Part shown: positions 1 through 12,485 of the stretch, piece by piece
Layout: each line of letters begins with the position of its first letter
Position numbering within the stretch: position 1 is the first letter of the stretch
Assembly: GCA_964016885.1 (NCBI GenBank)
Contig: OZ024745.1
Span: forward strand, 49,042,001 to 49,106,000
Direction of reading: 5' to 3'
Source of the DNA: Eledone cirrhosa
Lineage: Eukaryota
DNA length: 64,000 nucleotides
Program-made: the position numbers and the translations under genes
Notes under the pieces: generated by a model
The model's input: only the letters and a program-made list of their open reading frames with translations
What the model was told of the DNA's origin: nothing
The model's database searches: none

Positions 1-154
1 ATAAATGAGAAGCAGTTCTCTGGCCCATATAGAAGGGCATAACTGACTTGAGTCATAATGCCCATTTAACTCATGCTAGCATGGATATTAGCTGTATGAT
101 GATGCTGATTATAATGGTGGTGTTGATGATGGTGATTAGAAAAAGAAACATCAC

Positions 155-775
155 TGTTGTTCCTCGGGCAACAGAAAGGTTTCACTAAGTTTCAATGCTA
201 TCTCTGCATGTGGGACAGTTGAACTCGAGAGAAACACTGGACCCAGAAGGGATGGCCCACCTGTGAAACTCTGAAAGTAGGCATACCAAACATTGTAAAT
301 GACCCAATCATCAGCCAAGAGAAGACCCCCCCCCCCCCCAACTCCATTTAAGCTTGACTTCATGAAGCAGTTTATCAAGACATTGAGTACTGACAGTGAA
401 TGTTTTCAACACATAGTTTCTGCTTTTCCTGCTTTGTCTTTCTAGAAAATCAAAGCAAGAATATTTGATGGACCTCAAATTTGTGGCCTTGTACATTATG
501 AAGAATTTGTCAAAAAGATAAATGACAAGGAGACAGCCTGGCTGTTATTTGATGCAGTTATAAAAAACTTTCTTGGTAACAAAAAAGCGGATAACTATGA
601 GGTTTTGGTTGCGAAAATGCTGCTAGCTTTTCGCGATCTTGGATGTAACATTCATTCCCCTGAGAACCTTGTAGCTGTAAGTGATGAACAAGGAGAGCAC
701 TTCCATCAAGACCTCATGTTGATGGATGAGATTATCAAGCACATTGGAACAGACTTATAATGGTGGACTACTGCA
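155..775 (+). pseudogene. Decayed DNA transposase, Chapaev3/CMC-like
   Basis: Reading across stops and frameshifts gives LLGQQKGFTKFQCYLCMWDS...KHW...MKQFIKTL...IFDGPQI...FLGNKKADNY...LGCN...PENL.AVSDEQGEHFHQDL...DYC. I recall this motif series from Chapaev-3 transposases; the family name is unverified. Confidence 0.7.
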
Positions 776-1990
776 TAACAAAGTTTATAAATGTAATAGC
801 TACAAACAAAAATTCTTGCCAGAATAGGAACAAACTTTAGTACGAATTGTGACAAATTTAAACACTGTTGAAAATAAATATTTTTCTTGTGTAAATGCTT
901 GTTTCACACCCAAATTTAAGATAGTATGATCATAAATCACTTAGACACAACATGGATTTATGTAAAAGATTTCCTTTTTTACTCTTAACATCCAGTATAA
1001 TATGAAACCATATTAGAAAAGATATTTTTGAAAAAGTATAAAATAGCAATATGATTGCATCGAATTATAAATTAAAGTCATTACTAATATTACAAATTTT
1101 CACAATGATTTGTCCTCTAGTAATATACTATAAATCCATTTTTAGATATTTTCTGCTAAATCAATAATAGACAAATATGTCTTCACTTGGATGTTGCTAT
1201 GATTTTCTGAACTTCATTTGTTGAGCCTCATACAATATTTCTCCATTAATGGTTGCATCAGATAACCCAGTTTATTGTTAATGTAGAAAGGAATATTTGA
1301 TGTCGCAGCAAGCAACATATTGCTTATTGATACCAAACTATTTGTAAACCATCTGACTATGATACAAAGCTGTTTATTTAAAGAGGTTATATTTATATAA
1401 AAACCTCCCACTATAATGTTATATAAAAATGTTAAATCATGTTCCAAACACTCTATTAATAACGAGAAAGTTTGTTATATTAGAAAATCCCCTAAATTCT
1501 TGATTATTATTAAAATGATTTGAAAATTAGGCAATGTCTTTCATTAGAAATATGGTAATGAAAAAATTAAATGGAAATGAAAAGTAGACAACTTGTTACA
1601 AGACAAGCAAATCCACTTACATATATAATTGTTTCTACTTTTGGCACAAGGCCAGCAATTATTCCAGTGTATTACTGGTACTTTATTTTATCGACCCCGT
1701 AAGGATGAAAGGCAAAGTTAACCTTGGCGTACATATATAATGTTTTTCAAGAGACAATGTTTTTATAAGTTTACAATTTGAAAGCCAGTAACAATTGTTT
1801 TCTCCTGGCAGTACACATCCAGTGGAGTATGCTGGCCTCATTTCTTATCAGCTTTCACATATCCTCCACATTCAACACTAGTAAGTATATATACCCTCTG
1901 CCCATCTGAGTAGTCAGTAGCACCAGTTAAGTACTGATGACCTTTGACAACCCATCCAGGCTTTGCTAGAAGGGAAAATGTTTATATATT

Positions 1991-2033
<43 letters not shown>

Positions 2034-2036
<3 letters not shown>

Positions 2037-2604
2037 TCATCATCATCATCATCAACGTTTAACGTCCGTGTTCCACGCTTGCATGGGTTTGGACGGGGGT
2101 AGTCCCACTTGAGGCAAGAGTGATTGTCTTGCTCGCATAGGACTGTCTGGCAGGTTTTCTACAGTTGGATGCCCTTCCTAACACCAACCACATTTACAGT
2201 GTGGGTCTGGGAGGTTTTTACCGTGTTGCCTACACGGCCACATTACAGCGTGGACTGTGTGTTTTTTTGTCGTGACACCTACACGATCTCATTTGTTTCG
2301 GCCTCGATGGCGCGGCACCAACATAACTTTACATAGAACGGGGTGGTGTGGATGGGGTGGGGGCGGGGGTGGTGGGACGGGGTGTATTTTGTTAGAGATG
2401 CCTACTGGCTGGAGTAGGTTTTACTATATATTTAGGTAAGGCGGGTCTTCTCTGTTACTGAGTACCGCCAAAGGTCTCGGTCCAGTGACATTGTCTTGGA
2501 GAGGTGTAAGTGTGTGATGTCGGAGTTTATCAGCTCGTCCCAGGTTTTTCTAGGTCTGCCTATTCCGTGACTACCGTCTATCTTTATTGCCCTGCACTTT
2601 GTTA
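2034..2604 (-). mobile_element. RTE-clade LINE, 5'-truncated 3' end with (GAT)n tail
   Basis: Nearly identical to 33658-34229. Encodes the ORF end GRPRKTWDELINSD...EKTRLT* followed by the 3'UTR and a (CAT)n tail next to (TA)n. Confidence 0.9.
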
Positions 2605-2611
2605 ATATATA

Positions 2612-2820
2612 TAATAGGAACGAGTAGGACCCCGACGGCTGAGCTCAAGCCGTTTCGACGGCTAATTCTGGACTAAAATTTTAGTCCAGAATTAGCCGTC
2701 GAAACGGCTTGAGCTCAACCGTCGGGGTCCTACTCGTTCCTATTACCTACTCTACTACCCTAAGTATTGAGTACTTTGGTGCGTTATGGTCCACCTAGTT
2801 CCTTACCACATTTCCTTCGT
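2612..2820. mobile_element. 134 bp spacerless palindrome (2612-2745) plus unique tail; probable Penelope-like inverted terminal remnant
   Basis: Arms are 67 bp with one mismatch, centred at 2678/2679. Each arm contains a hammerhead 3' half (GAAACGG...CCGTC). The segment is flanked by (TA)n and has a paralog at 39175-39372. Confidence 0.7.
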
Positions 2821-4325
2821 TATATATATGTGTGTGTGAGTGTAAACACCATCTATTCATTTTCACATATATGCATCCCCAACTATGATGACACAAAAAG
2901 GCTTCTGGATGGGTTGGAAAGTATTTATAGAATTATGTGGAATACTATTGACTAAATTGTTGTTGAAAAAAAGGTCATGTATTACTTGACATTTGTGGCT
3001 TCTCTGAAGGTATAATGAAGGCAATTTCATGTAGTTAACTATTTAGATACCAACCCAACCAAAAGCAGTTCTAGTTCTATGCAGCATAACCAAACATTTT
3101 AAAGGGTTCTTATTTAAATTAAAACCTCCCAACATAAATTTATATAGAGAACCTTTTATGTTACAAATACTATCTTAGTCATGAAACAATAATTTTAGTA
3201 AATCCTTCCCAAATTGTTCATTAATTAATTAAAATATAGTATATTTCATTAGAAATATTGTCAAGTTATGCCACAAACACTAGCTAATAATGAGATAGTT
3301 ATATTATAAAATACCTTCAAATTCTTGATTATTTTTAAATGATTTGAAAACAGTGTCTTTTTTTTTTTTTTTTTAGAAATATGTTAATGAAAAGATTAAA
3401 GATGATTTATTTTATAATGTCTTCTAGCTGAAATGACATATCTGATTAACTAATCTTGATTTTATTCTCTATACCAGAGATTTCTAAACTGTGTGTCATG
3501 ACACTTTAGTGTATTATGAGTATTGTGTTACTGATGACATGAGTATTGTGTTACTGATCAATCTTTTACAAATATTTATTATTTCACTGTGAAACATATT
3601 TGAGGTCTGACAATGCTCCATACAATTAGACACATGACTAGTGGAAAAAATGTCACGAAAAAATCTTTTATTTTTAAATGTGTTGTCAGCCTGAAAAGTT
3701 AGCAAAGCTCTGCTCTATATTGTTGTAAAGTTAATAAATTTAATATATGTTAATTTATTTAGTCCTGTAATGAAGGGATTTTTGTGATAACAGCCCTGGT
3801 TAAAGTGAGAGTATGAAGCTGAAGAACTATAATTTCAACTCTTAACTACTTTGATAGTGCTAATTTAGACCTAAGTACAGTCTTTATAAAAGGTTAGTTT
3901 TAGGAATTTCCTTCATTGTGAGATTAAATGTATTTACATATACTGAATTTATTTATATCTTCTATGATGTCTACTGTAATCCTTGTCATAACTGGACCCC
4001 CAAATCACTGTCAATACTTATTCTATATTCTAAAAGGTCTCTACATCTTGAGGAAATTGTATGTGACTCATGTTGCATCAAAGATTTCATATATTCTAAC
4101 AAATTCCAATCACAATTGTTCAGAAAACGATCATGTCTCTCTTGAAATTCTGTATTTGCAACCCACAGATTATTTTCAGTTATTCTCAGATTTTACCTAT
4201 TTAAGACTTCTTTTGTTATGAAAATTTCACTCCTACATTATTTACTCAACATTTTTCTTCTGATTTTATGTAAAAATTCCATTTATTTCTGTAATTAATC
4301 TGGAATGTAAAACACATGATTTCAG

Positions 4326-4416
4326 ATTAACTATAAGTGAGTTGCAAAGTGAAAAAAATGAACTTTTCAAAGAGGTGAAACTTCTTCAACAAAAGCTCCA
4401 TGGAGAGATACCTAAA
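4326..4416 (+). CDS. CEP290: CEP290 third-from-last coding exon
   Basis: ttcag|A TTA ACT ATA...ATA CCT AAA|gtaagt, encoding LTISELQSEKNELFKEVKLLQQKLHGEIPK. Confidence 0.75.
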
Positions 4417-6693
4417 GTAAGTCAAACATTTTCTTTGTCATGTTATAAAAGGTTAACATAACAATAGCTTAAGATATTGAATTTAAATTTCAAAATGTCT
4501 AATCCATTTGAGAAGGGTACTTAATTCTCTATGTATCATTTCACCTAACTTCCAGGAATAGGCACAAGATCTGATAATTGTGGCAGCTTTTCAGAAGGCA
4601 AACATATTTTAGAATTTCTGCAATGCTTCAAAAATGAACAAGTGAAAACATATATATCAACAAACATTGTATATATGTAGTTTATTTCTCAGATTTTTAT
4701 GAGGGGATAGGGTTAATATAAAGAATGATCTGCTCATGCACAGATATGTTATAAAATAGCTTATAAAACAGGGTGAAGACCTTTAAAGATTGAAAAAGAA
4801 GTTGCTATCAGCTGCAATGAGGAATCAAACTCCATATCTCCCAGATACCAGATACAGCTGATGATAATTTCCTTTTCTATATTTAACCCTTTAGCATTTA
4901 AATCGGCCAGAACTCTCTCACCTCTTTCTGTTCAAACCGGCTGTAACTGGCCACTCATACTGATGTTAAGGTTCTGTTCTCAAAATAAATAATATCAAAA
5001 TCTCATAGATTCAATATTATATTAGATAATTATGTAAGGTAAAGCTTTTACCATGAAAATATAATAGTAAATATAGAGTAATGTAAATGCTGAAGGGTTA
5101 AGAGTCTTCACTCTGTGCATGAGTACACCATTCTTATATATATATATATATATATACATATATACATAGTTTAATAAATCATCATCTTCGTTTAATGGCT
5201 ACTTTCTCTGATATATTTCAGCTGACTGAAGATATGTTAATAAAAGCTAGACGCTATGACACTTTAATATCTAAGAACACAGAGCTTACTGTCCAACTGA
5301 AAACATTGAAATTTGAAAAAGAAAAACAATCCTCTGAAGTTTCACAGGTAAGATAAGTAATAATATTGCTCTGAAAAAACAACAACAACAAATAAACAGC
5401 GTGACAGTTACAAAAAGAAAAAAATAATGAAATATTGTTTGGTGGAGTAATATTAAAAATGAAAATATTTATTTTTATCTGCTATTCTTGATGTAATCAT
5501 GCATGATACATTAGTTGACTGAGACCTCTTTATGTGTTTTACCTTAGTCTTCTTGAGTTATTATTTGGCAGAATTGTTATAGCGGCACATAAAATGCCTT
5601 GTGATATTTGTTACAGCTTTTTACATTTCAAGTTTAAATGCTGCCAAGGTCAACTTTACTCTTCATCCTTCTAGAGCTGATAAAATAAAGTACCAGTCAT
5701 GTACTGGAGTCAATTTAATTCACTAAACCTGCCCCTGAATTTCTGGCTTTGTGTCTATGCTAGAAACAATTATTATTATGGTACTGTATGGTGGTGGATT
5801 GGCAGTATCGGTAGAGCGTCGAACAACATGCTTTGCAGCATAGTTATGGCTCTTTACGGGTTGAGTTCAAATCCCGCCGAGGTTAACTTTGCCTTTCATC
5901 CTTACGGGGTCGATAAAATAAAGTACCAGTAATGCACTGGGATAATTGCTGGCCTTGAACCAAAAGTAGAAACAATTGTTATGGTACTGTGATAAAATGC
6001 ACCCAGTATCATTATTTTTGGATAAATTACCAATTACGTATATTTCAAATAATATGTTGTATTCTTTTGTAACTTTTTTGAATTGAATTTAATTCTTAAA
6101 TTGTTGGTGACTTTGTAAAGAAATGCATGGTGTGATGTCTTATGTGATATGGAAAGAAGGCACATGGCTTAGTCGTTAGAATGTTGAGCTTACAATCATT
6201 AGGTTGTGTTCGATTCCTAGACTGAGCAGTCCATTTTGACCTTGAGGAAGACACTTTATTCCACATTGCCCCAGTTCACTCAGCTGTAGAAATGAGTTAC
6301 AATGTCACTGGTGCCAAGCTGTATCAACTTTTACCTTTCTCTTGGATAAGAGTGGCGTAGGGAAGGGAGATTGATATGCATGGCCAACTGCTGGTCTTCC
6401 ACAAACAACCTTGCCTGGGAGGGGAACTTTCTTGGTGCAAGTTCCATGGGCATCTGGGACTGAAGGGGATCTTTAATGTGATATGTGATTGCAATATGTA
6501 TTTAATATGAATAGTAAAGTGAAAAAATTAAGTAATATATTCATATGGTTTCTTATTGTTGCAGTTAAAAGATGAACTAAAGAATTTTGGACCAGAATTC
6601 TTTGAAGAGATTGAAGATTTAAAGTACAATTATAAAGAAGCTATGAAAAAACTTGCACTTTATGAAAACAAAGGAGTAAATAGTCATCGGTAA
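4326..6693 (+). CDS. CEP290: Centrosomal protein CEP290, last three coding exons (4326-4416, 5222-5347, 6565-6693)
   Basis: All three exons have AG/GT boundaries and join in phase. They encode coiled-coil sequence ending LKDELKNFGPEFFEEIEDLKYNYKEAMKKLALYENKGVNSHR*, which matches the CEP290 C-terminal motif FDPSFFEEIEDLKYNY. Confidence 0.88.
4883..5101 (+). mobile_element. TTAA-flanked MITE (piggyBac-like, non-autonomous)
   Basis: TTAA|CCCTTTAGCATTTA...TAAATGCTGAAGGG|TTAA. Other copies lie at 24353-24581 and 58194-58417. Confidence 0.75.
5222..5347 (+). CDS. CEP290: CEP290 penultimate coding exon
   Basis: tttcag|CTG ACT GAA...TCA CAG|gtaaga; 42 codons, phase 0 at both ends. Confidence 0.8.
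5790..5980 (+). mobile_element. tRNA-derived SINE, family B
   Basis: B box GAGTTCAAATCC, core GCCTTTCATCCTTACGGGGTCGATAAAATAAAGTACCAG and an AAACAATT tail. Target-site duplication ATT(A/G)TTATGGTACTGT. Confidence 0.85.
6158..6470 (+). mobile_element. tRNA-derived SINE related to family A (different 3' part)
   Basis: A box TGGCTTAGTCG, B-box-like GTTCGATTCC, and the CCTTGAGGAAGACACTTTATTCCACATTGC core shared with family A. Confidence 0.65.
6565..6693 (+). CDS. CEP290: CEP290 terminal coding exon
   Basis: ttgcag|TTA AAA GAT...CAT CGG TAA; contains FFEEIEDLKYNY. Confidence 0.9.
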   Translation, partial: LKDELKNFGPEFFEEIEDLKYNYKEAMKKLALYENKGVNSHR

Positions 6694-8739
6694 CACCTCT
6701 CCCATAATATCTTCAACTATTATAACAATTCCCTGATCCATCTTTTATAATTATGGAATTACTTAAATGTCTGCAGTCTCAGAGAATCTGATGCCTTTTT
6801 AGGTTGTGGTAGAAGAAGCAGAAAGAGAATGCAAGTATATGAGCTAGTGGATATTCATGAGTGCCAACTTAGCCATCAAGTAAAATATTTTTCTATGGAT
6901 GTAATCTAGTATGTGTGGGTGATGTGAGAATCACTTTAGATGTATGATTAGTGTTCTAATTGGTAGCACATTTCAGCTCTGTCAACCCCAGAAGAGATAA
7001 AAAACAACAAAGTTGCTTTCTGAAGGATATGAACTTAGAACATTGAAGAACCAAACTAAATGCCTCATCTAAAGTTCTAGATATGTATAATAATATTGAT
7101 CATCATCATCATCATGGCTTTTCCCTACTTATCAGTGTAATAATGCAGAACCCAATTTAGGTATAGTCACTAATATATTATTTTTGTTGTTTAATCTCCA
7201 CTCAGCTCTGACTGAAAACATCTATGATAAAAGACACCCTAGTCATGACAATTTTATTTTTCTTGCAGGTAATGCATATCTAGGACTACATTGTCTTTCC
7301 CTTTTCAAGATTGTATGGTTTAATTAGAGGGAGATTTAGCTCCTATTTCTAGAGGTTCAAACAACTGACATGTTTTTACTAATATAGATATTTTCTGTGG
7401 TTTCTGTGGTTTACTGTCAAAACTTCCTTATATATAATTTGCTCCATAAGTTAACCTTTAAATGATTTTTGTGTGTTTTATTAGTCTTTATTAGTATTCT
7501 CCTAGTTATTTCATTAATTGACAATGTAACCCAATTTGAATGGCAGTACAAACAAAATAGGTAGACTTATTTTCAGTTTATTTTTAATGATAGCAATTTG
7601 TTGTCATGTACTCTTTTAGTACTGTCAGATAATACAACTGTATACACCACTCTGTTATATTGATGCAGTTCTAAAATTAATGAGAACATTTTGATGAAAA
7701 TACTCTCTTAATAGAAATACTTAAGTGTATTGAGGTATAAGTATTCATAGATTCATGGTCTACAAGATTGAGTATTGAAACACTACTACACATCCAAGAT
7801 ATTATAATTCTTGAAAATGGTGGATTGATAGAATTGTTTGAGAGTTGCACAAAATGCTTTGCAGCATTTGTTCTAGCTATTTACGCTCACAGTTCAAATC
7901 CCACTGAGATCAACTTTGCCTTTCATCTTTTGGGGGTTGATAAATTAAAGTACCAATTAAGTGCTTTCTACTTCCCTCGGGTTTTGTAGTTGAATAGATG
8001 CTAATCCCACTGGCAAGTTAGCATTTTCTTCAACAATTCAAATACATATCATTCAGTTTGTGGAGCCATCACACATAAAAAGCATGACAAAATAAATGTG
8101 TATATAAAAATATTTAATGATATTTATATTAATGTTTTAACCATTGAAAAGCACAACCTGCTTTTGTATTTTTATATTTAATTTCTGTTTTTAACTATAT
8201 TTTTTATAATTATAACATCTAATATGTTTTGTAATGTATAAATCATAAATAAAATTATTGTTCATTTTTATATTTCACTTTTCATTGTTATTTTTTAATT
8301 TTTTTAATTTAAATTTTAATGAATTTGACCCCCACCCCCCTCAATAAAGTTAACTCAGGTAAGAAATGAACTATAATTTTTGTTGTTGTCAATCCTGATT
8401 GAGTAAACCTATCCTCAAAGACATTCCAGCCATGACCATCCTATATTTTCTAGTATATCTAAGGCCACATTATCTAATGAATCATTTAAAAAATAAATAG
8501 TAGCATGTGATTTGGGGAAGATTTAACTGTTATTTCTAATATAAAGATAATTGTTTTAATCTCCGTGGGTGATATTAGATAAGTTTATATTTTAACCCCT
8601 TTGATGCCAAACTGCCTGGAACTCTACCTCGTATTTTTTAAAATATTCACCTAAAAACCTTCCATTGTAATTTTATGTAAGGGGATCTCAGGCAGGTTAG
8701 CAATGAACATAGGTTTTATATGTGGTTGATGCACAGGAT

Positions 8740-9760
8740 CAGTAAGCATTATGAGTTAACAGGAAATAAACTCTATCAAATGCTCAGAGGGCTTTGTAGA
8801 AGTAGTTGATAGCTTCTGTTACCTGATTGACCAAATTAGCAGTGGAGGTGGGTGTTCTGAAAGTATAATAGCCAGAATGAGAACAGGATGGGAAAAGTTC
8901 AGTTAGCTGCTATCACTAATAACTACAAAGGTTTTTTTTTTCTTCAGAATGAAAAGCAGATTGTATGATGCTTGTGTCATCATCATCATTTAACATCCAT
9001 TTTCTACGTTAGCATGGATTAGACAGGTTGTCCTGTTTGAAGTAAGTTGGGTCAGGTGACCACGTCTTGCTCACACAACTGTTTCTGGCTTGATTTCTAT
9101 GGCTGGATGCCCTTCCTAACACCAAATACTTTACAGTGTGGGCTGGGTGTTTTTTGTTGTGACACCTACACAACCACTTTACAGTATGGTTTGGGTGCTT
9201 TTTGTCATGACACTACGTGACCACTTTAAAGTGTGGGCTGGATGCCTTTTGTTGTGATATCAACATGGCAACTTTACAATGTGAACAGAAGTGGGTGGGT
9301 GGATGTTGGGGCATGGGAGGTGTATGGAGGTGGGGAGTATAGTGGTTAAGTGGTGCCTCCTAGATTTATGTTTCAGTTGGTGCACATAGGAAGGCAGATC
9401 TTCTGTATTATTGCATAACGCCAAAGATCTTGATCGTGTGTTATTGTTTTTGAGAGGTGTAATTGCGCATGGTCAGCTTTTATCACCTCATCCCAGGTCT
9501 TCTTGGGTCTTCCTACTCCATAGCTTCCATTAACTTTTAGCACCCTGCTCCTTTTTATACAGCTGTCATCCTCCATGTACATAAAAGCTGACCTTGCACA
9601 ATTAAACCTTTCAAAGGAGATGACACAGGGCTAGGATTTCTGGCGTTTTGCTGTACTACAGAAGACCTGCCTTCCCATTAACACATATAGAGGACACTAG
9701 CCTGCAACTAGTGTTTAACCCATGCAAATGTGGAAATGGACATTAAATGATGATGATGAA
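8740..9760. mobile_element. Nested RTE LINE fragments: a minus copy (8977-9582) inside a plus copy
   Basis: Plus-strand RT remnant (VVDSFCYL, ISSGGGCSES, RLYDACV) and a plus-strand 3' end with GAT tail surround a minus-strand 3' end (GRPKKTWDEVIKAD). Confidence 0.75.
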
Positions 9761-10827
9761 GTTGATGAACCTTTGTTAAGTTGTGTTTCAAACACCAGCT
9801 TGATTATTTTCAAAATGATTCAAAAATTATAGGCAGTGTATCTCATTAAAATATGGTCATGAGAGGGTTAAGCAGTGCAAAATGTTTCAGAATTTAGCAA
9901 CGGAAGCAGAAAATCAAGTATTCTGATAATTATTAATCAGCAAGTTAAATATTTATTTATTCAACATTATATAATGTTTGATATTAATAGCTTATTAATT
10001 ATGTACCAAAATTTATGAAAATAGCAGTTGTCCTAGCAAGCATGGAATAGATAAATAGATATTCTAGGTTAACTATGCTAATTAGAAAGTTAATATAGGT
10101 AATATAGGTAACTTTTGTTGTTTGGCTTCTTGAATAAGGCAAGGAATTCTCTAAGATTATTAACCTTTAAATGCTAATGCCCTGTTATGTGTGAAGTCCA
10201 CATAACACCCACACAAAAACCACTAAAAACAATGATAGTCTTCAATTAATCTTGAAAAAAGGATAATAACTATGCAAACATGAGAAAAATCATAGCAATT
10301 CCTTAGTAAACAATCAGGCTAAATTAGCAATGTAAAACAATCACTGGTTTATGTGGAAAATGGTATAAATAAGAGGCGGAAAGAGAAGTGTGTAGCACTA
10401 TGGAATGTCATTAGGGTGGTGGGATATAGTCAAACAATATTGATACTAGAATACCAGGCTGACAGTTTCAAGTATTAAATTAACTTCAGTTAACTTCAAA
10501 GAATATAAAGAAAGCTAAAAAGTGATCAATACTACTCGTTGAAGAAGGTCAAATCACTGGCATAACATGCTGACTAGTTCAGAGTGTTAAATTCAGTTAC
10601 CAATTAAAGAATTTTAAGGAAGCTAAAGCGTGACCAATACAATTGTAATAAATACAGCTTGCTGAGGATGGGAAGTTCTGGCCCTCAGACATGCTGTTTT
10701 TTCCTCCATTTATAAAGAGGCCTCTTCCCCTTCATTCAGACACTCTTGGCTCACTTGTTTCTCCTACTCTCTGATGCAACAGTAGCAACAAGATATGAGA
10801 TGTTAAACTTTTTCTATTTTATATATT

Positions 10828-11018
10828 AATTGTTTCTACTTTTGGCACAAGGCCAGCGATTATCCAGAGCATTACTGGTACTTTATTTTATCGACCCCGT
10901 AAGGATGAAAGGCAAAGTTAACCTCGGCGGGATTTGAAATCAGAATGGCAAGGGCCGTAACTCTATACGTCAAAGCATGGCGTCCGACCCTCTACCGATA
11001 CTGCTAATCCACCGCCCT
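10828..11018 (-). mobile_element. tRNA-derived SINE, family B
   Basis: Full-length reverse-complement match to 51901-52091. Confidence 0.85.
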
Positions 11019-12289
11019 ATGGATATGTACATAATTAGCCCATCAAATAGAATGCTTTGAGGTATTTGTGTCAGCTCTCTGTACTCTGATTTCAAATCCC
11101 ATCTGGGTCAAACTTGCCTTCGGTCCCTTTACTGTCAATAAAATAGTACTGGTGGTCGATTCTTCTTTTTATTTCTCTCTGCAAAAAAATCGGTTATAAT
11201 CACACCCATAGGGGGATGGGCTCCACTAGGTTTAGATGCCAACTACACTGTAACACTCCTATGAATCTATCAAAAGCTGAGTTTTTAAGGAAGGATATAT
11301 TGATAAGTCTCATAAGTGTTTTTATGAGACATGGCTCCCAGCTTGTTTAGAAGGACAGTAACTCCTATTAAGTATTCAGTTGGTTTGCAATGATCCGTCC
11401 AACTCATGCCAGCATGGGGAAATGGATGTTAAATTACAATAATGGTAAATGTCTCTAGGATTTCATTATTCAATGTGTACTTCTGTTTTAAGATGCTAAG
11501 TTGTTATTAGAGGGGAATTTAGCTGCTATTTCCAGCAGGTTGAGCGACTACATTAAGGCTCACTCACTGGCTTCATTACTAATTGATTGTGTTAGATGTA
11601 AGTAAATGTCAACATTAATATCAACCTGGTATTATGCAACAATTAACATTGCTGTATAATGACCATTTGATGTCGATCATAAGAACTGTAAACGAGTGTA
11701 ATAACAAACGAGTGTTACTGAGTGAAAAGACTAATGCAGTGAACCATGCTGAGTATGTATTAACTACACAGTAAATATCGTTTTTGAGGTAAAATAAATT
11801 TTGGCCAGCTAGAAACCTTCGGCTATTTACATAAACAAAAATATATAATTCAGACTACATTTGCATAACATGTGATAAAAACTGGCAATATGGCAATAAA
11901 AAAAGAAAAGAAAGGAAGAAAAAGAGTAAGAAAAAAAGGAATTGAGCAAAGAACTCTACTGCAGCGAAATCTCTCCACATATACTGACCCCTAAACAACA
12001 TGTTGTTCAGCCTTACTTTATCTTGAATTGACGCCAATTTGTCTGGAGAAACTGGCCAACTTGAGGTTATTTCAGATAACACTTTCTTCATTCCATTCAG
12101 GTCTCGCTTCTTGGAAGAGAAATGCATCACTTCAAGTTGCTCAAGCAGTAGAGAGATGTAGCACTTAGCAAAAAGCACTCTATCCCTCTTGACAGGGTTG
12201 ACACCTCAATAAAGGTTAGTTCAATGCATCTTGTCAGATTACTATTGTATTTAAGCAAGCCAACCACATAAACATAACACACAGCGAAT

Positions 12290-12485
12290 GCATACGTATG
12301 AGAGGTGAGCATGAGGGAATATTGAGGGGGTTTGTCTCTGAGACGTGATCCCACCGAAAATGTTTCTCATATCCAGCTTCACTAGGAGGTGGGGTGACGA
12401 AGGAGGCAGGTGCTCAATGATGTGTCTGGTCGCATGAGCAGCTGTCACATATCCATACTTAACTCTGACTCCGAGCTAGACAATT
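12290..12485 (-). pseudogene. CRE-type non-LTR retrotransposon RT fragment
   Basis: LGVRVKYGYVTAAHATRH...LLVKLDMRNIF...PSIFPHAHLSY resembles the QLGVG..G.EAAVHA.R...LLKLDF.NAF region of CRE reverse transcriptases. Confidence 0.6.

Noticed and set aside
11855-12178. 107 aa minus-strand ORF
   Set aside because: No family is recognisable, and it ends in low-complexity F/L sequence derived from an A-rich tract.
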